Assembly (NCBI GenBank): GCA_900617105.1
Contig: UYFQ01000060.1
Coordinates: 1 to 40,325 of the forward strand
Direction: 5' to 3'
DNA from: Hydrurus foetidus
Lineage: Eukaryota
Length of the DNA: 40,325 nt
Below are positions 1 through 8,672 of the stretch, piece by piece (the first letter of the stretch is position 1; each line of letters starts with the position of its first letter). The position numbers were made by a program, and so were the translations under genes. The notes beneath the pieces are model-generated. The model was not told where the DNA came from and did not search any database. It was given only the letters and a program-made list of their open reading frames with translations.

Positions 1-1
1 T

Positions 2-1288
2 TGGTGTTGGATCAAACGGTATATTCTGTTTTGTTGATTTGATATTAGTCGATCCAGATTTATTAACAATTTTGTTATTGTTAATCACATTTGGATGTAT
101 TTTCGCTGGAATAGGATTTTCAGGGGTTCGATTCTGAATAGTGCAAGGTATTACAGGTACAGGGTGTATTGGAATAGCTGGAGTTGCTAGTTGTTGTTCA
201 GAATCTTTTTCAACTACCTTGTTAGCTGGTAGGACTGCAGAGATATCGTTATTGATATTCTGGTGTAAATTAGAAAAGTCAAGATCGGATGGGTACTCGT
301 CCGTGTAATTATAATTATTGTCTTTGTCGAAAATGACGTCCTTACTTGTCCTAATTTTGCCGAAGATTCCGGTTGGTAGTATTTCGATGACCTTAAAACA
401 AGGCTCGAGCGTTCTCGATAAATCGTAACCAACGAATCTGGCTTTGTATGCACGAGGAAAACCGATTTTTCCTTTCCTATCTTCAAGCGCGATGTGAACC
501 CAACATAAGCTCCAAAAGGCCTTGAGGTTCTTGAGGATTACATGCTTTCCAGTGATGAGATGATACGGTGATGTCTTGATTGCTGAATGGTAATTGAATG
601 CATGGGTGATGCATGTATACTCAAAGGCAAGATCCCAAAACTTCTGTGGTACTGTCATCCCTAAAGGTTGCATGGTGATGTTGCACTTCATCGATAAGAC
701 GCCTACTGCACGTTCTGCGATTCCATTTGCATGTTTGTCGCGAGGTGGTGTTGGCTCAAGTCGATATCCAAAGTTGTGAAGGCATTGAAGGAATTCAGCT
801 GACCGATAAGATTTCTCTGCATCGGCTCTGATGAATCGGTCTACGCCTGGAAGCGAGGGCTTCCACTCAGGATGTGATTGGAAGAGGGTGGAGAAGCTTT
901 TAACAAGTTCTGCAGCTCCCCGGTCTTTCGTGAAGCATGGATAACTTCGTCTTGTAGATAAGTCCGTGATAATATCGCAGTACTTATAACCGGCCTGTGA
1001 CCGGTGTGTATGTGTATACGCGTCAAGTGAGAATTGACTGCCGTAGCAAGGAGATGGCAAACGGTGTATACGAAGATGGTCCGTAGAGGTCTGTCGCATC
1101 GTGCCCTGTACGCATGCTGCGCATATTGGTCTTGGTGTAGATGCATCCAAGTTGGAGTAGTGTGCTCCAATGGTGTGCTGTCGGTGCCAGGCCATACCCT
1201 CTTCGCCAGGGTGTCCTAGTACGCGATGCACGTGGTCGTAAATCGAAAGCTCCTTTACACTCGTGACCAAGAGTTGAGCCGGTTGCAC
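2..1288 (-). CDS. Copia A integrase region (HHCC finger, DDE core, SH3-like tail), open to the window edge
   Basis: Manual translation in the frame of ORF 1289-3469: HRVLGH..CAAC, FSLDAY, FIRADAE, NGIAERAV, FWDLA, ARFVGYD, SKDVIFD. No stop to position 2. Absent from the ORF track because it has no stop in the window. Confidence 0.9.
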   Translation of the reverse strand, partial: MQPAQLLVTSVKELSIYDHVHRVLGHPGEEGMAWHRQHTIGAHYSNLDASTPRPICAACVQGTMRQTSTDHLRIHRLPSPCYGSQFSLDAYTHTHRSQAGYKYCDIITDLSTRRSYPCFTKDRGAAELVKSFSTLFQSHPEWKPSLPGVDRFIRADAEKSYRSAEFLQCLHNFGYRLEPTPPRDKHANGIAERAVGVLSMKCNITMQPLGMTVPQKFWDLAFEYTCITHAFNYHSAIKTSPYHLITGKHVILKNLKAFWSLCWVHIALEDRKGKIGFPRAYKARFVGYDLSRTLEPCFKVIEILPTGIFGKIRTSKDVIFDKDNNYNYTDEYPSDLDFSNLHQNINNDISAVLPANKVVEKDSEQQLATPAIPIHPVPVIPCTIQNRTPENPIPAKIHPNVINNNKIVNKSGSTNIKSTKQNIPFDPTP

Positions 1289-3444
1289 TCAGTTGGAGTC
1301 CAGCAAGTAGAGGCCTTCCTCTACCTTGCCACTCATAACTGGGTGAGCTGTCTTTGAAATTGTCTGAAGGTGTGGGATGACATCTATCGCATTGAAGAAC
1401 TTGCAGTCCTTAGAGGTGAAGATGCCCACAAATCCCTTTGCACACGCTTGAGACACTGAGAGCAGTGTAGTATCATTCATTTGATCGATGACAATAGTCT
1501 TGAGCATGAATGGTGGGAGTAGTCCCATCTCAGTAGGCTGGGCAGTCTCCCCGAAAGCTGCTGAGACACTGCATGATGTAGGTCTAAGGTCACGGAGACT
1601 GCTGCGCAATCCAGTACCAGATGTAGATGCACCACTGTCAATGACTGTCTTGTGACTTGTCTTCTTGAATGACATGAGTTTGCTGTCTTTGTCTGTAACT
1701 GTAAGTAAGTTGAGACTCTTCTTCTCAGCCAGTGCTCTTGCTTTTGCACGACGTGTGGCAGACACTGAATCTCTCGATGGTGATTTGGCTGGCGGAGTGC
1801 GCATTCGATATGGCTCAGGTGTTGCCAGATCTGCCATTGGGGGATGTAGAATGTCTTGAGTAGATTCCTGAGAGTCGACTGACATGGGAGGATGCTCCAG
1901 CTGCAATGTTTGCTGCTCTTCCTCCTTGATGGTATATGGGACTGATACAGTCATACGAGGTACACCAGCAGTTTTGAGTGCTGGAACAATATTATCAATA
2001 ACAATGGGAGGGTCCTGAAGCATTGGTGGAGCATGCATTGAGCTGGATGTTCCTGGTGTCTCCTCGAACTCATTGTCATCTGATGTCTTGATGATTTTCC
2101 TGCGTGGTGGACGCTTGGTATCAGTCTGGATTGACGCCCATAGACTGCGTTTATGACCCATCACGTATGGGTGATTGTATCGGGTCAGGTCTTCTTTGCA
2201 TCTCCTGTGATGATCAGATGATGACCCTGGTGGAGTCATGTCTATGTCATCACCTTCTGATTCATCATCACTATACTCGTCGTCATCATCATCATCATTA
2301 TCATCATCATTTTCTTCAGTGTGGTCAGTTGTCTCACTAAGCAGGTCCTCTCTGTTGATGGCACTCATACGTGAATATGATGTAGTGATGGGGCTCGACT
2401 GCAAAGCATAGGACTGTGGTGTTGGAGGCATTGCTTTGATGTTGTTGATGATTGCAGAGAAAGCATCGTGGAAAACTATCTGATCCAAGAATTGTGCGTT
2501 GGATCGATATGTATTCAATGTGAATAGCACATTTGCTCTTGTCTGGGATTCATCAGCTTGCATTTGCAATGCATCACGAAGTAGTTGCGCGCAGAATGAC
2601 ATGAAGTCGTAAATAATAGCCAAAGAGAGAATACGTAGAAGTCGCCATGGAATGTCGGGATGCTCCATGATGTATCTGATAGCCACAAAGTACTTTTCCA
2701 CGTTTCTCATGTTTGATTGGTAAAACCCATAGTCGTCGGAATGATAGAATTTGTCGGAGAGAGGGTTGAAGTTCATATAACTGAAATTTTCGGAACCCTC
2801 CCTGTCTGGAATCAACACGTCGGCGTTCAAGAACCTGTTTCCAATTTTGTAGAGCATACGCATAAGCCGTTTGTCTGCTGTACGCACATCTTCTCGGATT
2901 TTCACGGATCTCGAGATGGTTGGGCTCTCTGAAAGCCATGTGAATGCCACCAAGATGTGAACCATCCTTGGTTCAGCTGCTGTCAGGTCTTGGAAGCTGA
3001 CGACAATCCCTGAGAGAGGATCAGTAGGAGATCCATCATAGTCGCTGGGAGAAGAACCGGCGAATCTATTATACTTCTCGACCGAGTTGAGCATTGTGAA
3101 CAGGTGACGCCTGATCTCACGAAGTCTTGGAAACGGCTCAAGGTGGTAAAACTCTGGGAACTCAGCAATGGATGTCGTTGATTGTTCCTTGAAGCGAAGA
3201 ACATTGAACCGATCAATATGGTTGCTGGATCCATCGCCATGAAAGTACTGAGGATCTCCTGTTGTCCAGCCGTCAACATCAGCAGATTGCAAAGTCCTGA
3301 TGGTTGTAAGCTGGTTCAGTGAATATCCAGCTGGGTTCTTTGCCGTTGCAACTCCTTTGGGATATCCAACCAGTGACCGATGGGAATCTGACACGATGAT
3401 TGGTTTCTTGAAAGGAAACTTCGGTGGAGTCTTTTGATGATACT
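1289..3444 (-). CDS. Copia A pol N-terminal part: long unassigned region followed by aspartic protease
   Basis: VIDSGAST active site, TLLSVSQ and G..GLYLL near the C-terminus of the 726-aa ORF. The 5' end is taken as the proposed splice acceptor. Confidence 0.8.
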
Positions 3445-4159
3445 CTATAATTATGACCCTGAATGACACTATGCCCCTGAATGCCCCTAAGGGTCATCAG
3501 GGTCATTTAGGGTCATTAGGGGTCATAAATATACGGTTTAGCTGTGCATTTTTCTAATATTGACCCTGAATGACCCTATGCCCCTGAATGACCCCCGTTT
3601 TTTCATGACCCCCAATGGTACTTAAAAAAGGACTTTTTTTGTGGTACTGAATGACCCTGGGGGAATGTGACCCCTCAAGATATCTTTTTGAATGACCATC
3701 CATGACCCTGATTCGCAATCACATCGATGGGTTTCCACTGTCGTCGGCTTCGGTGATGCATGTTTAGCTTTGGGTCATTAGATCCTTTGCCCTAACCCCT
3801 AACCCTAGCCAACACAAGGTTAGTGCCACTAACCCTAACAGGCAAGCCGAAACGACTAGCTGTAACCCTAACGCAACTGGCGTTAGGTCATTAGACTCTT
3901 TGCCCTAACCCCTATCCCTAGCCAACACGAAGTTAGTGCCACTAACCCTAACAGGCAAGCCGAAACGACTAGCTGTAACCCTAACCGACCCTGAATGACT
4001 TTCCAAAAATGATCCTGCATGACCCTGAACCCTGAATGACCCTGAATGACCCTCTATTTCTTTGCCCCTGAATGACCCCCCAAAGGATCATTCAGTGTCA
4101 TGAAAATACTGGGGGCATTCAGGGGCATAGTGTCATTCAGGGTCAATATTATAAAATAC
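3445..4159 (-). other. Putative GT-AG intron or MITE-like insert bounded by 42-bp inverted repeats
   Basis: Inverted repeats 3446-3487 and 4112-4153 match at 40/42. Minus-strand ends are GTATTT...TTATAG. Many TGACCC(T/C) motifs inside. Confidence 0.65.
3773..3985. repeat. Two ~100-bp direct repeats (period 113) rich in CCCTAA telomere-like motifs
   Basis: 3773-3872 and 3886-3985 are near-identical and contain ccctaacccctaacccta and taaccctaac. Confidence 0.9.
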
Positions 4160-5507
4160 CCTTTTGATCCTTCTTGAGAGGAGGTGGATTCTTGTTGGGC
4201 TTCTTGTCAGATGGTGCTCCCTTGTTTGGCGGCGCTGCTGCATGTGAATACTTGCATGAGGAACCGTTGATACATAGGCCAGCGATGTGACGTCTGCACA
4301 GCTCCAAGGTTGGAGTAAGGGAAGCCATCTTGTGAGCTACCGCTGGGGCAGGATCAAGAAGCACAAGGTATTTGATGGTGTCTTCATATGATGCCTTTGA
4401 CGTCTTTGATGAGGCCATGATTGATAGGACGCTGAATCTTGCATCATGCTCCAGCTTTTCTTGTAGATGATAAAGCTTTTGGTCATCAGTGACGGGCACG
4501 CCACTTGCGACTTTGAGGACTCTGAAGGCCTCTTCGATGGTTGCCACATTCTCCTGAATGGTTTGTGTGGACTTGAGCTTCAGGGAGTGGAGCTGATCCG
4601 TTGCCTTCCTGATGTCGCTGTTCTTTGTGCCGTTGATGTGATCGTAGATAGTCTTGAACCATAAGACCGCATCGTTGTCGGCAATCACACGTTTGATCAA
4701 ATAATGTAGATCCTTCCCAGTAACCATATTGAGAATAACCAATAGTCGATCCAAATCGTGTAATCTTTTGTAGATGTCATCGGCTGGGATGACATCATAC
4801 AATCCTTCTTCTGCTAATACCAGTGACCTAGGTGAGTACCCTCCAGGGTTCCGAGCAGTAATGACTGGTAACTCACGATCGCCTTTGGCTAATGTAAGAA
4901 GTTTACATTCACCTAGAGCGACCATGAACGTTTCCATATTGTCGCGGTTGTCCTTCCCAGAGTTGGAAAACTTGGGCATCGAAAAGAAGAATTTCGATTG
5001 CGCAGAGGTGGTATCCAGATATTCTGATATGGGCACCGATAAGATAGACGAGGCCTTGGGCGTTGAAGCACTTGGAATAGAGGCAGATCCAACTGTTGAT
5101 TTCGGTTGGGAGACCAACGGTGGAGGCTGTTGGATCTTGGAAGACATAATGTCGATGAGCCTTGCCATAACGGCGAAGGAAAATCTTGTCTCTGCATCCT
5201 GAGCCTCCAAATTGTCCGAAAATAAAGTTGTCGCTGTGGCTCCGAGATTCCGCGCCCGAGATGCTAAAGGTGGTGTCGGAACAACCTCCTGATTTTGAAG
5301 GGCTAATTCCACCTCGTCTAGAAAATCACTATTTGGATTTTCTAAAGGAGGAATTGCTCCTGTCCTAGATCTTGTAACTCGACCAGTGAAGAGGGGTTGA
5401 GTTGCTTCGATCAGAGTTCCGAACGGATTGTGAAGGAGATCGGCAAGAGCCGGAGGAGAGTCTGTGCTGGACATATCTATCTCGTCTTCAGATCCATTGT
5501 CACTCAT
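4149..5507 (-). CDS. Copia A Gag with C-terminal CCCH zinc finger
   Basis: 452-aa ORF upstream of pol with a capsid-like helical region (LWFKTIYDH..TIQENVATIEE..QKLYHL) and CRRHIAGLCINGSSCKYSH. Confidence 0.85.
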   Translation of the reverse strand: MSDNGSEDEIDMSSTDSPPALADLLHNPFGTLIEATQPLFTGRVTRSRTGAIPPLENPNSDFLDEVELALQNQEVVPTPPLASRARNLGATATTLFSDNLEAQDAETRFSFAVMARLIDIMSSKIQQPPPLVSQPKSTVGSASIPSASTPKASSILSVPISEYLDTTSAQSKFFFSMPKFSNSGKDNRDNMETFMVALGECKLLTLAKGDRELPVITARNPGGYSPRSLVLAEEGLYDVIPADDIYKRLHDLDRLLVILNMVTGKDLHYLIKRVIADNDAVLWFKTIYDHINGTKNSDIRKATDQLHSLKLKSTQTIQENVATIEEAFRVLKVASGVPVTDDQKLYHLQEKLEHDARFSVLSIMASSKTSKASYEDTIKYLVLLDPAPAVAHKMASLTPTLELCRRHIAGLCINGSSCKYSHAAAPPNKGAPSDKKPNKNPPPLKKDQKGIL

Positions 5508-5585
5508 GATTGCGGGGCTCTGAAAGTTGAGGAAGGAAATTCAGAATCCTGGAATCCACGGCAATCGTTTAATCACTATAAACAA

Positions 5586-5594
5586 TCGCTACCA
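5586..5594 (-). promoter_or_regulatory. Putative tRNA primer-binding site of copia A
   Basis: Minus strand CTTACA|TGGTAGCGA, 79 nt upstream of the gag ATG; resembles initiator-Met PBS sequences (TGGTAGC...). Confidence 0.55.
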
Positions 5595-5930
5595 TGTAAG
5601 ACTAAATACAAGATGTCACCTTCTAGCGTTCGCAGCGAAGGTGGAGAAGCAGCTGCAGGCTACTGTCTCAATTCAGTGAGCTATCGAGTAGACGAAGCTG
5701 TGAAGTACAACGTATTAAATTCTGATTAGAGTTTACAGATAGCCACGCAAAAGAGCTATCGGAACAGTTCATGACAGTGAAACTACCTTGAGACAAAGTT
5801 CACAGCGAGATGTGTTGTTCATAGCATGTGCTTGAGGAACGTTGCATGAATGCTTATAGTAACGAAGTGTTTTGGCGATACTGAAGAATCATGAAAGGCG
5901 AACGTTCATTTGCGTGAGGTCAGAGGGTTC

Positions 5931-6450
5931 GTACTAACTGATACATGGCGATAGTACAGGGGTACGTATGCGTGTATATGTATATGAACGTACATGCGTG
6001 AGTACTAACTGCTATATGGCGATATTATAGGAGTACGTATGCATGTGTATGTATAAGAACGTACATGCGTAAGTACAGTGGTACTTACGTATGTACGCCT
6101 ATACATCTATGTACTACGCTATTAGCAGCCGTACATACGTACATATTATATATGTACATACATGTGTAAGTACGTGTGTGTACGTATGCATATAATAGTT
6201 TGTACTAACATGTGCACGTACGTATGTACGTGTGTGCGTGACCATACAAGTGTACGCTATGCTATATGCGTGCGTACGTACGTACGTACGTACATATTGA
6301 CTATGTACGTACATGTGTAAGTACATGTGTGTACGTGTGCATAAATGAGTATACACTAACATGTGTAAGTACGTGTGTACGTGTGCATGTTATCATATCT
6401 GCATGTGTACTTACGTACGTACGTGTCGCATAACGTACATGTATATATTT
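5931..6450. repeat. Alternating purine-pyrimidine low-complexity tract starting with a ~71-bp diverged tandem duplication
   Basis: gtactaactg...gaacgtacatgcgt at 5931 and 6002, followed by TACG/TATG/TGTG runs. Confidence 0.8.
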
Positions 6451-7320
6451 GAAACTATATTTGCAACTATATTACTACAGACATATCTTGATAGAATCAA
6501 GTGGTCTGACAATCACCTTGGGTCAACGAGACGTTCTTGCTGTGGGATTCAAGATATGATGACACGAGATCGAATAAAATCTTCTGCAATTCCAGGCAAG
6601 ATTTTTCATATACCATAAAATGTACGAAGAATGCAACATGAATGCTTTCACGTGCAAGGAAGAAAATTTCACAATCATACAATTCTTCGATCGTTTTGTC
6701 GTAGATGCCTTCTGATTGAAGGAATGTTTCGAAACTAATTCCCGATGAATTCATGACGTCGGAGGTCGGAGGAAATATTTAATCACCGAAGTATAAGAAT
6801 GTGCTAACCCTTCCTGTGTATGACTGCTGGATGAAAGTTGTGCTCCTGTTTGCTGTAACTGCACATGCCAACTGCACATGCAAAACCGCTGATCGCTTCC
6901 GGGTATTTCGTTTTTCCAATTCTATTTCTTTGCGCGGCTCTAATTCAAGGCGTCATACGGTTAGCCGTACGTTTCGTACCGTACTCACACCGTCATAAAA
7001 ATGTACGTACCCTACTTGACGTACGCGCTGAAGCCTCCAAAAACTCTTCCGTAACGTACGTACGTCGCTTATTGCACGTACAGCGATGACCGTACATGTC
7101 CGCCCAGAAACTCTGTCCGCACGCTGCAGAACGTACTCATAAGCGCCTCATAAGAGTCGAACGTACGTACTTACAGCTGACCATACTCCCATCTCATTAG
7201 TTAGGCTGAAATTACCCTACATGGGGTGCACTCGTGCGCCCGGTGACTCCCCCTATGACTCAGACCCCACGTACATTGCCTTACTTGGGCACTGGGTACT
7301 GGTCTGGGTACTGGTCTGGG

Positions 7321-8519
7321 TTAGCGGTCACCTTCACCCAACACACCAAGGTGGGCCCTATCCGAATTCCTCACCTGTGGTATGAACCGCCGAATATCTT
7401 CTACGTCAGGCCGGACCCCACCATTCAGGGCATTCGACGACAGTGGTCCATGGCCCGCAGATGAGTAGTCGTATGTGCTCGCCATGACCTTCGATCCGGC
7501 TGAGTAACCTCCTCTATCCTTCATGTCTCCCTCGGATACCCCCAGTGCCCTCATATGAGTGGTCGCAGCCTTACGGAGGGAATGACTTGAAAAGTGCTCC
7601 GCAGGCAGCTTCTCAATAATACATGTCGCCTTTATTTGGTCCCTAATCATCCTAGCGGACAGCTCCTTCTTGGACCTTCTTCCCGACCTCAGCTGGATAT
7701 AGCGGGAAAAAAGCCTATCTGTCTCTGTCACTTGAGAGTGAGTGACCCAGCATATCAGGTCATCCAAGAATTGACTCTCCTCTGGGGTCCTCCTTCCTAT
7801 GAGCTTCATTTTTAGCGCCGTCCCTGTCTTCTGCGACGCGGCTTTCACCCAGCACCGCAGTACTGTTATTGGCGGGGGCAGCTCCTGTCCTCCTCTTCTC
7901 CTCTCCCCACACACCAGCTCGAACTCTAGGTCTCCCGCGCGAACACAGTGATCCTGGCCCTTGGTCTCAGGCGCAGTGTACTCACTTACTCGAGCGTCCA
8001 AATCATAAGCCCACATGGAGGCCACGTACACTACCCTTGAGTCAAACCCACACAGGTCCCAACCTGCATTGACCCATAACCGTTCTCTCATTCGCACCAA
8101 AATGCTCTCGCAGAACGGTAGCTTCACCGTGGTGCTAGGCCCTCCATTCCTTATCTCCCTCAGCTCTGCCGTGGTCAGCTTGCAGGCTGCCCGGGCGGCA
8201 GTGATGATAGCTGACTCCAAAAATTCGCACGGGATGAGGGCTGATATGAACGCTAGTCGCAGACCTGCTGTGACCGATGAAGCGCCTTTGCCCCGCGCCC
8301 CATTGTCGTATCTACCCCGAATGTAGAGGGCAACAAGGGCAGCCTTGTCGCCCTCAGACTCTCCCCTTAAGTATGGATCCATGCTCCAGTCCAGGTTCTC
8401 GATAAAGACGCACCAACCATTCCAGTGGTTGTCGTACGTCCTCACGGTCCCCGCGGTGACGGAAGTTCTCAGAAAGCTCCCCAGGGCTATCTTGTTCTCC
8501 GATGAGAGTCCTGGGCATC
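7321..8519 (-). CDS. Tyrosine recombinase; start uncertain, frame open upstream of the GTG at 8445
   Basis: T.RTY...W..W N-terminal motif, DARVSEYT (catalytic R), SHSLRK (HxxR), C-terminal STYDY. Confidence 0.9.
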
Positions 8520-8672
8520 CTACATATAAAGTACAAATAGATTATGAAGTATTAGTGGTTACCTGGTCGACTACACTGAACGCCATGGGGGCTACACACT
8601 GTCGGATTCACTACCCTCCACTAGCTTTAACAAGCTCTATTCCACTCCTTCCCCTCCTCCCCTCTCTTCCCC

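Larger units (their letters stand above)
1..5600 (-). mobile_element. Ty1/copia LTR retrotransposon A, truncated by the left window edge; outer 5' LTR boundary unresolved
   Basis: Domain order gag - protease (VIDSGAS) - integrase is copia-type. PBS-like TGGTAGCG follows CTTACA at 5595 on the minus strand. Confidence 0.88.

Noticed and set aside
3450..4150. CRISPR array or hammerhead ribozyme in the repeat block
   Set aside because: No regular repeat-spacer spacing, no cas genes, and no CUGANGA core paired with the GAAAC.
6114..6618. ORFs over the purine-pyrimidine tract
   Set aside because: Low-complexity translation artefacts.
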